In this document: piece after piece, positions 9,054 through 17,362 of the stretch
Numbering within the stretch: position 1 is the stretch's first letter
Layout: every line of letters begins with the position of its first letter
Assembly (NCBI GenBank): GCA_036336855.1
Contig: JAYZFI010000014.1
Coordinates: 44,734 to 108,733 of the forward strand
DNA length: 64,000 nucleotides
Source: Candidatus Latescibacterota bacterium
GTDB taxonomy: Bacteria > Latescibacterota > UBA2968 > UBA8231
Direction of reading: 5' to 3'
The notes under the pieces: model-generated
Databases searched by the model: none
Seen by the model: the letters and a program-made list of their open reading frames with translations, nothing else
What the model was told of the DNA's origin: nothing
Translations under genes and position numbers: made by a program

Positions 9054-9991
9054 GAGGGCGACGACGCCAGCAGCTGACGCAAACCATGGAGGTTGTGCAG
9101 CGAGTTCGCCTCCAGCGTGCTCAGCCCATCTCCAGCATCCACGTTGGGGAAGGGTGCATTTGTGTGGGTTTCGATGACGAGGAAGCCGGAGTAACTGTCA
9201 GCGGCCAGCAACCCAAGCTGTTGCTTCCAGGAAACGACGCCTCGGTCGATCAAAGACCAAGAGTTCGATGCGGAATCGAAGTTCTTCACGTGTACATGCT
9301 CGGTGACATCACACAGCCCAGAGTACTCGGTGACGAGATCCTCAGCGCCGGCGCGGGCGGCGTTACCGGGATCCCAACAGAGCCGAAGTCCCTCGACCTG
9401 ACGGACCAGCCGGGTGGCCTCCGTACCGGTGTTGCCCCAGCAGCCGGCCTCATTCTCCAACACTAGTCGGCATCCCGCCGCGAAGGCGACCCGTGTCATA
9501 TCGCCGAGACAGTCCACAACCCGGGCTGGCAGCTCGGTGGTGTTGCGCAAGAAGGCGAAACAGGAGACAAGATCACACCCCCACTTCAGAGCCCACTCGC
9601 ATGACCGCGGCAGCAGCTCGGAGAGCGCCTCATCGACCTCACTTGCTCTGATGTCGCACTTGAACAGGCCCGGCGAGACTCCCGAGACCTCGAGACCATG
9701 GTCGCGAATGCGCCTGCCGAGCTCGTCGAGCTCGGCATCGGATTGGCGAGGAAAGCGGGTGCCAAAAGCGGAGCGAATCTCGACGTGACCGATACCCCAG
9801 TCCACGAGCAGGGACAACGCCCGGGGTAGATCCTGGCGATTGACCTCGTCGGTAAAAGCAGCGATTCGCAACGAAAGCAGACCTGGAAAGCGTTGAGGGT
9901 GTGGTTCCGCTTCCCCTAATATAGACCCGAGTGGTTCTCCCTCGACGTTTTCTGTCATGAAGCGCGATCTGGTTCTCCACAACGACCGCAT
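9050..9991 (-). CDS. sugar phosphate isomerase/epimerase (xylose-isomerase-like TIM barrel)
   Basis: 313 aa (start possibly at internal MTENVEGE). TIM-barrel isomerase pattern with conserved acidic and His metal ligands (VLENE..., HVKNFD). Confidence 0.7.
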   Translation of the reverse strand: MRSLWRTRSRFMTENVEGEPLGSILGEAEPHPQRFPGLLSLRIAAFTDEVNRQDLPRALSLLVDWGIGHVEIRSAFGTRFPRQSDAELDELGRRIRDHGLEVSGVSPGLFKCDIRASEVDEALSELLPRSCEWALKWGCDLVSCFAFLRNTTELPARVVDCLGDMTRVAFAAGCRLVLENEAGCWGNTGTEATRLVRQVEGLRLCWDPGNAARAGAEDLVTEYSGLCDVTEHVHVKNFDSASNSWSLIDRGVVSWKQQLGLLAADSYSGFLVIETHTNAPFPNVDAGDGLSTLEANSLHNLHGLRQLLASSPS

Positions 9992-10132
9992 TTACACGAT
10001 GGATCCGGAATGCCCGTCAGCACCGGCCGCGCTCGTCACGCCTACGCCTTCCGCAGCCTGGCGCAGGAGGGAGCGACCTTGGCCGTCGGATCCGACAACC
10101 ATCGATGGGGACCGTCGGATCTGAGTCGGAGC

Positions 10133-10894
10133 CTACTGCGCGGCCGGCTGGTCCGCTCCGACATCGGCGAAGATGGCGGAAACGCCAGTGCCACATGCCG
10201 ATTCCGCGACGATGACGCCATCAAACCCGGCGAGCAGAGCCTTCACCGCATCCAACGGGAGCGCCCCGGTTCCTAGCGCAACACCATCTCCGACGTCGTT
10301 CACGTCGCCCACGCGAACGACGTGAGCACGATCTATTTCGGCTTCGAGAACCGCTGCAACATCTTCACCGGCCCCCAGCAAGCTCGCCGTATCCAGCGCC
10401 CAACGCACGCTGTCCGGCAGTTCTGCTCTAAGTTCTGTGAAGTCGTTGGCGACTTCTAGGGGAGTGTCGACCTCGGGCGCTAGACAGAACACAACATCGG
10501 GAATCCGCTCGACGAGCTCACCAAGCCCAGCTATCAAGTCCTCCCGTGCCTCGCCGTTGCGCGCGCCGCCGCGCACCACCACGTGGCGGATTCCGAGGGC
10601 GCGCCCCAGGTGTACATCCCACTCCAACTGCCTAAGGTTGTAGGCGCGATTACGCTCATCAGAGTCCCCCTTGCGTCCGGTGAGGGGCCGAATCTCGTAG
10701 TTGCCGAGGGTGATGCCCGCAGTGGCTAAGGCTTTGCGGATTCCGGTTACCGACCAGTCAGACTGATCGACGCTGCTGGTGGTACGGTGGCGGAAGAGTT
10801 CCACCGAGCCGCATCCGGACGCTACTGCTGCGGCGATAAGTTCGGGCAGGGCAGCACCTGGGTCGCAGGCGGCGCTGTAGACGATGCCCGTCAT
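10133..10894 (-). CDS. sugar phosphate isomerase/epimerase (xylose-isomerase-like TIM barrel)
   Basis: Start trimmed to MTGIVYSAA (beta-1 directly after Met), abutting the stop of the upstream PhyH gene. TIM-barrel pattern. Confidence 0.65.
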   Translation of the reverse strand: MTGIVYSAACDPGAALPELIAAAVASGCGSVELFRHRTTSSVDQSDWSVTGIRKALATAGITLGNYEIRPLTGRKGDSDERNRAYNLRQLEWDVHLGRALGIRHVVVRGGARNGEAREDLIAGLGELVERIPDVVFCLAPEVDTPLEVANDFTELRAELPDSVRWALDTASLLGAGEDVAAVLEAEIDRAHVVRVGDVNDVGDGVALGTGALPLDAVKALLAGFDGVIVAESACGTGVSAIFADVGADQPAAQ

Positions 10895-11637
10895 GAGGGG
10901 ATGCCATCCCAGTATTGCCACATGTCGTCCGGGGTCTCGAAGCGAATGTCATTGAGATCGCGACGTGATTGCCGAGCGATGAGGGCCATGCGGATGTTAC
11001 GCGCGCAGTTCTTACTGCCCGAATGCATGAGTTGGCCGTGCCAGAGGCATACCGTGCCCGCCAGTCCGGTGACTTCGAGTGCCTCGGGGAGCTCGAAAAG
11101 GTCTTTGGAGCTGCCGCCGGGGACGCTGAGCAAGGAGTGGGTGCGGAAGTATTCCGCCGCCTGCTGGTGGGTACCCGGCCACAGAGTGAAGCCACCGCCA
11201 CGGGGCTCGATGTCCTCCACATAGATGGTAGTACCGACGTGGAAAATCCCGACAGTGCCCTCGGGAACGCCGTTGGTCGGCGTGTAGTAGCCGTCCAAGT
11301 GACCGTGAACCGGCATCGTCCACTCGTCGTCCCCAGAAGGAAAGACGAGGTGCGGCCCTGGTGCGCCCGGGGTCAGCTGGCCCTTGCCCACTAGCTCCTC
11401 GGTGACTTCAAACACGGCGGATTCCATCACCGTCGACCGGATCGCCGGATGACTGCTTGGCACCGGCACTCGCGGTCCGGCTCCGACCCAGCTGTTGGGA
11501 TCGTCGCGGTCAGCCTCGATGCCCTCCCACAAGGCGTCACGGGCGGTGTCGATCTGTTCCTGGGAAAGCAGGTCGGTACGAGTGAGGTAGCCGTTTTCCT
11601 TGAAGAATGCGCGGTCGTCGTCGGTCAAGAAAGCCAT
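10891..11637 (-). CDS. phytanoyl-CoA dioxygenase (PhyH) family Fe(II)/2-oxoglutarate-dependent oxygenase
   Basis: Start trimmed to MAFLTDDDRAFFKENGYL (typical PhyH N-terminus). HxD...H facial-triad context (PVHGHLDGYY, LWHGQLMHSGS). Confidence 0.8.
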   Translation of the reverse strand: MAFLTDDDRAFFKENGYLTRTDLLSQEQIDTARDALWEGIEADRDDPNSWVGAGPRVPVPSSHPAIRSTVMESAVFEVTEELVGKGQLTPGAPGPHLVFPSGDDEWTMPVHGHLDGYYTPTNGVPEGTVGIFHVGTTIYVEDIEPRGGGFTLWPGTHQQAAEYFRTHSLLSVPGGSSKDLFELPEALEVTGLAGTVCLWHGQLMHSGSKNCARNIRMALIARQSRRDLNDIRFETPDDMWQYWDGIPS

Positions 11638-11825
11638 GGAAGCTCCAAGTGCAGCAATAGAGGCTATCATTGCTGATGTAGTAGGCGTATTAGACTATTG
11701 AATTAGCTCAACGACGCGTCCGCCGCCACTACGGAGTTCCGTCTACGCGTTTACACGCCCCCTGATCAGAAAGGCGATCCACTCATGCCCGAATCGGACG
11801 ACCCTCTCTTAGCCCGGAGTGAGCC

Positions 11826-12869
11826 ATGACGGAACTGATCATCGCAGTGAGTGCCGCCGTGGGGATCTCGGCGATGTGCTCGCTATTCGAGGCGGTTCTC
11901 TACTCCACTCCCATCGGTCATCTCGAATCCCTGGCCGAATCCGGCAGCCCCACGGGACGGATCATGCGCTCCCTGCGTTCGAACGTGGATCGACCGATCG
12001 CTGCGATCCTGTCGCTGAACACGATCGCGAACACAGCGGGGGCGGCCGTTGCGGGTGCGGCGGCGGCGCAAGTCTTCGGCGATGCCAACGTGGGCTACTT
12101 CTCTGCGTTCTTCACGCTGGCGATCCTCATGTTCTCTGAGGTGATTCCCAAAACGACGGGCGTCGTCTACAACCGGGTCCTGGTGAAGCCGGTGGCACGG
12201 CCGCTACAGCTAATGGTGTGGGTGTTCTCGCCGTTGATCTGGTTCACCGGTGCGGTGACCCGACTCATTGCTCGAGGTCGCACCCAAGAGGACGTGTCTC
12301 AGGACGAGTTATTGACGATGGCGCGCCTAAGCCGAGAATCGGGCGTCATTGAGTCGTCCGAGGCGATGGTCATCGAGAACATCCTCTCCCTCGAGGGCAA
12401 GGCTGTCAACGAGATCATGACGCCGCGGACTGTCGTTTTCTCCATGGCGGCCTCGATGAAGGTGGAGGAAGTGCGCGACCGCATTCACGTGCTCAACCAT
12501 AGCCGCATCCCGATATACGACAAAGACGCCGACGATGTGGTGGGCATGGTGCTACGCCATGAGCTGCTCACCGCGCTTGCCGAGGGCAAAGGCGAGCAGC
12601 GCCTGGACCAGATCATGCGTCCTGTGGATTTCGTCGCCGCCACGTTGAGCGCCGATCGGTTGCTGCGGCGGCTGCTAGAGCGCCGCGAGCACATGGTCCT
12701 GGTGGTGGATGAATTCGGCGGATTGTCCGGTCTGGTCACCCTCGAAGACGTGCTCGAGGAGATTCTGGGTACAGAAATCGTCGACGAGTTCGACACCGCC
12801 ACCGACATGCGCGAGCTCGCTCATCGTCGTCGATTGACCCTGGGCGACGAAGGCGCGCGATCCTCGTGA
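11826..12869 (+). CDS. CNNM/DUF21 transmembrane domain plus CBS-pair protein (CorC/TlyC hemolysin-family; putative Mg2+/Co2+ efflux)
   Basis: 347 aa. N-terminal four-TM DUF21 region, then a CBS pair (IMTPRTVVFSM..., IPIYDKDADDVVGMV..., MVLVVDEFGGLSGLVTLEDVLEEILG). Confidence 0.85.
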   Translation: MTELIIAVSAAVGISAMCSLFEAVLYSTPIGHLESLAESGSPTGRIMRSLRSNVDRPIAAILSLNTIANTAGAAVAGAAAAQVFGDANVGYFSAFFTLAILMFSEVIPKTTGVVYNRVLVKPVARPLQLMVWVFSPLIWFTGAVTRLIARGRTQEDVSQDELLTMARLSRESGVIESSEAMVIENILSLEGKAVNEIMTPRTVVFSMAASMKVEEVRDRIHVLNHSRIPIYDKDADDVVGMVLRHELLTALAEGKGEQRLDQIMRPVDFVAATLSADRLLRRLLERREHMVLVVDEFGGLSGLVTLEDVLEEILGTEIVDEFDTATDMRELAHRRRLTLGDEGARSS

Positions 12870-12888
12870 GCTCGAGCCCCCTTAGCCC

Positions 12889-14109
12889 TTGAAGACCTCC
12901 CTCACCCGGCCGGTAGCGGCGGCCCTCACCATGGCCGTCGCCGGGCTGTTCTTACTGTTCAGCTACGAATTTAGTCGGAGCGCTTCGGTGTCGCTGTTTC
13001 TCGACGCCTACGGCGCGGAGCAATTGCCGGTGGTACTCGCCTTGGGGCCGGTGGGGACCTTCGTGCTGATTTACCTGTATGGAACTGCCTTATCACGGTT
13101 TGGCGGACGACGGACGTACGCTCTGACGACCCTGCTCAGCGGCGGTGCTTTTGTTGTCGGCCACGAGTGGCTGGCCACGGGATCAGCGCTGGCGACGGGT
13201 GCCATCTACGTGTTCCGCGAGGCCTACATCGTGTTGCTCATTGAGCAGCTATGGGCCTTCATAGATTCCTTGCTGAAGCAGCGGCAGGCGCGCAGCCTCA
13301 ACGGCCTGGTGTGCGGCATTGCCGGTCTCGGCGGCGTCGTCGGTGGGATGGCGGTTCGCTCCCTCGCGACCACAGTAGGTACCGGTAATCTTCTACTGGT
13401 CGCCGCCGCGACGCTAATTCCCGCGGCCGCCTGTGGCTTGATCGCGTACCAAATCGGCGGGGAGCCGCAACGGGAGGAGGGCAGCGAAAGCAAGAGCGCT
13501 CTGGGCATAGAGCTATTTCGCCGGCATTCGGCGTTGCCGCGCCTGGCGATCATCATCGTCTGCACCCAGGTGATCGCCGCCGTGCTCGAGCTGCGATTCG
13601 CCGGTCTGCTGGCGGCGGAGTATCCGGAGACCGATCTCCGGACCGCCTACCTAGGCGGCTTTTGGTCCGGGGTGAACATCGCCGCCATGACCATGCAGTT
13701 TGTCTGCGTTCCTTTGATTCTTCGTTATGCCAGCCTGCGCGCTGTGCACTTGGCCATTCCCGTCTTCCACATCGCCACCGCTGTCGTTCTGTTCGTCTAT
13801 CCGTCGCTGACCACGGCGACCATCGCATTCTTCGCCTTCAAATCGGTAGACTACTCCATCTTCCGTGCGGCGAAGGAGATCCTCTATATCCCCTTGCCCT
13901 TCGATGCCCGTTATCGGGCGAAAGAGGTGATCGACGCCCTTGGCTATCGCGTGGCCAAGGGTAGCATCGCTGGAGCGTTGGCGGTGGCCGGTGGTCTCAT
14001 GGGCCGCCTGCCCGGCGGGCTCTTCCCGGTACTGGCCATGGCGGCTGGCTTAAGCTGGTGGGGCTCTGCTCGGGGTCTCGTCAGCCCCCAAGAACTTGAG
14101 GAGGGGTAA
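12889..14109 (+). CDS. TLC/Npt1-Npt2-family transporter (ATP/ADP-translocase-like MFS-type permease)
   Basis: 406 aa, TTG start, about 10-12 TM helices. Signature KSVDYSIFRAAKEILYIPLP resembles the TLC motif K..LFD.TK.MAYIPLD of Rickettsia Tlc. Shorter than classical Tlc (about 500 aa). Confidence 0.55.
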   Translation: MKTSLTRPVAAALTMAVAGLFLLFSYEFSRSASVSLFLDAYGAEQLPVVLALGPVGTFVLIYLYGTALSRFGGRRTYALTTLLSGGAFVVGHEWLATGSALATGAIYVFREAYIVLLIEQLWAFIDSLLKQRQARSLNGLVCGIAGLGGVVGGMAVRSLATTVGTGNLLLVAAATLIPAAACGLIAYQIGGEPQREEGSESKSALGIELFRRHSALPRLAIIIVCTQVIAAVLELRFAGLLAAEYPETDLRTAYLGGFWSGVNIAAMTMQFVCVPLILRYASLRAVHLAIPVFHIATAVVLFVYPSLTTATIAFFAFKSVDYSIFRAAKEILYIPLPFDARYRAKEVIDALGYRVAKGSIAGALAVAGGLMGRLPGGLFPVLAMAAGLSWWGSARGLVSPQELEEG

Positions 14110-14310
14110 ATTGCTGCCGCATTGGCAGTATCGGTTGGCGAAACGACCCCCCGTGCCGATGTGAACTGCTGTTTAGGCAGCAAAACGGGCTTTCTCAGCG
14201 AAAGTCTCAGAGACAAACGATGTGGTACGGTCATTGCGATGTCCGGCTCAACTAACGAAACGAATACTGACTCCGACCCGAAGCTCAACCATTCACAGGA
14301 GGCATGAGCA

Positions 14311-14751
14311 ATGACACTCATCAATCAGCCTAAAAATCTCTTCCACCTGCGGCGCGACTTTAGCCGTCTTTTCGATAGCTTCCGGGGGCACATTATTAGT
14401 GAGAACGAGACGCCGGTTGCCAATTGGCGGCCGGTGGTCGACATCGATGAGAAGTCGGAGGAGTACATCATCGCCGCCGAGCTCCCCGGTATGGAGAAGG
14501 ACAGCATCGACGTCACCGTCGCCGACGGTCGACTTACCATCAAGGGGGTGAAGAAGCAGGGGACCCAGTCGGAGTACGAAAATGTCCACCGCGTGGAACG
14601 ACGCTACGGCAGCTTCGTCCGCTCCTTCGATCTCCCCAATGCGGTCGACGCCGAGAGCATCTCCGCCGAGTATCGCGACGGCGTCCTCAAGGTGATGGTG
14701 CCGAAGGCGGAAGAGGCCAAGGCACAGCAGATTGAGGTTTCTATGGCGTAA
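14311..14751 (+). CDS. hsp20: Hsp20/alpha-crystallin-family small heat-shock protein
   Basis: 146 aa. Alpha-crystallin domain (WRPVVDIDEKSEEYIIAAELPGMEKDSIDVTV..., GVLKVMVPK). AGGAGG SD 8 nt upstream of the ATG. Confidence 0.9.
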   Translation: MTLINQPKNLFHLRRDFSRLFDSFRGHIISENETPVANWRPVVDIDEKSEEYIIAAELPGMEKDSIDVTVADGRLTIKGVKKQGTQSEYENVHRVERRYGSFVRSFDLPNAVDAESISAEYRDGVLKVMVPKAEEAKAQQIEVSMA

Positions 14752-14863
14752 CCGCGTCGCGCGTAGGCGGCAGGTAGATTGCTACTGAGCCTGACAAGTG
14801 GCTTGACCAACTGTCAGCATGGGAGCACGCCAACGATTGACCGAATCTCGCCCCAACGCACTC

Positions 14864-14895
14864 AAAAACGAAAAGAGGCCCTCTAAGAGGGCCTC
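14864..14895 (-). terminator. Rho-independent terminator downstream of tRNA-Glu (minus strand)
   Basis: Perfect 9-bp stem gaggccctc / gagggcctc with a 3-nt loop (14875-14895), followed on the minus strand by a TTTTCGTTTTT tract (complement of 14864-14874). Begins 8 nt after the tRNA 3' CCA. Confidence 0.5.
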
Positions 14896-14902
14896 CTCCA
14901 GC

Positions 14903-14977
14903 TGGTACTCCCACGGAGAATCGAACTCCGATTGCCAGGTTGAAAACCTGGAGTCCTAACCGTTAGACGATGGGAGC
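14903..14977 (-). tRNA. tRNA-Glu: tRNA-Glu (anticodon UUC)
   Basis: Reverse complement folds as a cloverleaf: acceptor GCTCCCA/TGGGAGT (G1-U72 wobble), D arm GTCT-AACGGTTA-GGAC, anticodon stem CCAGG/CCTGG with loop TTTTCAA (anticodon TTC), 4-nt variable loop, T arm CGGAG-TTCGATT-CTCCG, discriminator A, encoded CCA. Confidence 0.85.
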
Positions 14978-15029
14978 ATGCAACTCGCACAACGCCTTCG
15001 AAAAAGGCGCTAAGTCCATCGACGAGACG

Positions 15030-15058
15030 AAGATATCAGAGACTCGGAATTTTCGCAA
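15030..15058 (-). promoter_or_regulatory. candidate sigma70-type promoter for tRNA-Glu
   Basis: On the minus strand TTGCGA-N17-TATCTT, about 45 nt upstream of the mature tRNA 5' end. Manual pattern match only. Confidence 0.25.
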
Positions 15059-15081
15059 TATGTTGGTGGTGTTACATGCGT

Positions 15082-16548
15082 TCATTCGAAATCGCCCAAA
15101 TCCGGGTGCCACTGGTGCCACTCAGTAGCCGACTCGAAAGCCTGAGCCAGACGCAGAAGCCGATGCTCCTCGAAAGGTCGCCCGATGAGTTGCAGCCCTA
15201 TGGGCAGGCCGTTGTCGGTGAAGCCGCAAGGTAGAGAGATGGCGCAGAGCCCCAGCAGATTGGCAGCGCTGGTATTGCGCAGACAAAGCCCGTTGACGCG
15301 GAAGTACTCTGAGCCGGAGTCGTCAATCTCAGCCACCGGAGCTGGAGGGATCGGTGTCGTCGGGGTCAGCAGGGCATCGACATCCTCCATGGCCCGCCAG
15401 GTGTCGCGACAGAGCTCTTGCCACAAACGCAATAGTCGGAGGTAGTCCGCGGCGGAGATCTCCCGTCCGTCGAGCATGCGCCGCGATACGATGGGATCGA
15501 AGTCGTCGATCCTTTCGGTGAGTTCACGCTCGAAGTGGGCGTAGGCCTCGGCGGCCGTGAGGCTTTTCTCCTCCCGCAGCTCCGCGAGTCGGTTCAGCTC
15601 GTCCATGGAGATCTCGTCCACGTACACGCCGAGGTCGGCGAAAACCTGCGCGGTGGCGCGCACCGAGGCTTCCACCTCGGGATCTACCTCGTCCCAGAAG
15701 TACTCTCTGGGAATGCACACGCGACAGCCTGCGATCTCGGCGTGGAGATCGTCTACCGGGCCCTGGATGGGCTGTTTCAGAGTCTTGGCATCGTCGGCGT
15801 CCGGGCCGGAAATGATGTTGTAGAGCAGCATCGCGTCGGCGACACTACGGCACATGGGTCCCACGGAATCTAGGCGTGGATCCAGGGGCATGACGCCGGC
15901 ATTGCTCACGCGGCCGTAGGTCGGCTTGAGCCCGACGAAACCGCCGAATGCGGCAGGGATGCGCACCGATCCACCGGTGTCGCTGCCCAACGCCGCCGGC
16001 GCAAGATCGGCGGCGACGGCGACGCCTGAGCCGCTGCTGGAGCCCCCTGGCAGTCGTGGCGTCGACGCATCCCAGGGATTCCAGGGTGTTCCGTGGTGGT
16101 GGTTGATGCCGGCTCCACCATAGGCGAACTCCACCATGTGAGTCTTGCCGAGCAGGACGGTTCCCGCGTCGAACAGTCTTCGGGCCACCGTGGCATCGCG
16201 AACTGCGCCGGGCGCGTTCTGAAAGATGCGCGAGCCTCCTGACGTCGTCAGCCCTTGCACATCGATCAGATCCTTCAATGCCAGCGGCACCCCGTGTAGG
16301 GGGCTACGTATGTCGCCAGCGGCCAGCGAGGCCTCCGCCGCATGGGCGGTAGCGCGCGCCCGCTCGGCGGTGACCTCGATGTAGGCGTTGAGCGTCGGGT
16401 TGTACTGCCCGATGCGATCAAGGTAGTGCTCGGTAAGCTCTACCGGACTGAGCTCTCCACGCCGCAGAAGCGCGGAGAGCTCGATGAGGGTGGGGAACTC
16501 GAGGCGGGCCACAGGGCTAAATAGAGGGGGGGGCGTCGAAGTGGGCAA
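15082..16548 (-). CDS. amidase (amidase-signature family, GatA-like fold)
   Basis: 488 aa. AS signature GGSSSGSGVAVAADLAPAALGSDTGGSVRIPAAFGGFVGLKPTYGRVS with Ser-cisSer-Lys triad context. No gatB/gatC nearby, so not called GatA. Confidence 0.85.
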   Translation of the reverse strand: MPTSTPPPLFSPVARLEFPTLIELSALLRRGELSPVELTEHYLDRIGQYNPTLNAYIEVTAERARATAHAAEASLAAGDIRSPLHGVPLALKDLIDVQGLTTSGGSRIFQNAPGAVRDATVARRLFDAGTVLLGKTHMVEFAYGGAGINHHHGTPWNPWDASTPRLPGGSSSGSGVAVAADLAPAALGSDTGGSVRIPAAFGGFVGLKPTYGRVSNAGVMPLDPRLDSVGPMCRSVADAMLLYNIISGPDADDAKTLKQPIQGPVDDLHAEIAGCRVCIPREYFWDEVDPEVEASVRATAQVFADLGVYVDEISMDELNRLAELREEKSLTAAEAYAHFERELTERIDDFDPIVSRRMLDGREISAADYLRLLRLWQELCRDTWRAMEDVDALLTPTTPIPPAPVAEIDDSGSEYFRVNGLCLRNTSAANLLGLCAISLPCGFTDNGLPIGLQLIGRPFEEHRLLRLAQAFESATEWHQWHPDLGDFE

Positions 16549-17362
16549 TGGACCGCAGGTAGGCGGCAGAGCGTCGTGCCGCCTCTTCGGCGCCGCTCAA
16601 TCCCGCCGAGGCCTGATGGATGGTTACGAAGCCATCGTAGCCGATCTCATCAAGGGCGGCGAAGATGGCAGGGAAGTTCACGCCGCTACTTTCCCAGACG
16701 GGAATCTGATCGAAGGGTACCCGTCCGCGACACCAGGTTTCGAGAGAGTCGGCACCGTCGGCGGTCAGTTTTTGGTTCTGCAGATAGACGTTGAACATCC
16801 ACGGGGCGAATTGGCGGATGGTGGTGGCCCCGTAGTCCTGGCCACAGAGCTCCAGGTTGGCGGGCTCATAGATAAGTCCGAATCCCGGCCGTCCGATGGC
16901 ACGCAATACCTCAAGAGTTTCGTTCATGGTCTCGAACAGCGATTGCGTATGGCTCTGGTGGGCCAGCCGCAGGCCGCGCTCGCCAGCCTCGTCGCAGGCC
17001 TGTTGCGCCCAGACGATGTCATCAGCGCTTTTTATGGCGACGCGTAGCAGATCGCATCCGAAAGCTTCCGCCAAGTCCAGGTACGGGGTGATGTCGCGCA
17101 GGGCCAGGGGTCCCTCTTCGTTGTTCTCGGGTATGGTGAAGTCGCCGGTGACCATGGATACCGAAAGGGACATCTCCCGCAAAGTGGCAATCGCCTTGTT
17201 GCGTTTGCTCTCCGGGGTATGTACACCGATCTGCGACGCACGCATGCACAGGGCGTGATAGCCGTTGAGCTGCGCCAGATCGGCGAGATCCTCGAGCTCC
17301 ATAGTGGCTCGGCGCTTGTCGAGAAAGCTCTCGGCGACACGCACTGAGAGAGAGAGTTTCAC
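16517..17362 (-). CDS. sugar phosphate isomerase/epimerase (xylose-isomerase-like TIM barrel)
   Basis: Start trimmed to a GTG (VKLSLSVRV...) that overlaps the upstream gene stop as GTGA. TIM-barrel isomerase pattern. Confidence 0.7.
   Translation of the reverse strand: MKLSLSVRVAESFLDKRRATMELEDLADLAQLNGYHALCMRASQIGVHTPESKRNKAIATLREMSLSVSMVTGDFTIPENNEEGPLALRDITPYLDLAEAFGCDLLRVAIKSADDIVWAQQACDEAGERGLRLAHQSHTQSLFETMNETLEVLRAIGRPGFGLIYEPANLELCGQDYGATTIRQFAPWMFNVYLQNQKLTADGADSLETWCRGRVPFDQIPVWESSGVNFPAIFAALDEIGYDGFVTIHQASAGLSGAEEAARRSAAYLRSIAHFDAPPSI

Noticed and set aside
14110-14310. RNA thermometer (ROSE) or CIRCE/HAIR element upstream of hsp20
   Set aside because: Searched by eye for TTAGCACTC-N9-GAGTGCTAA, CTTGAGT-N7-ACTCAAG and the U(U/C)GCU anti-SD motif near the SD. 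None found.
14752-15081. Genomic island or prophage integrated at tRNA-Glu
   Set aside because: No integrase or recombinase, and no direct repeat of the tRNA 3' end. Neighbouring genes are ordinary metabolic genes.
15082-16548. Possibility that the amidase next to tRNA-Glu is GatA of the Glu-tRNA(Gln) amidotransferase
   Set aside because: The AS-family signature is generic. No gatB/gatC partners are in the window, so it is kept as a generic amidase.
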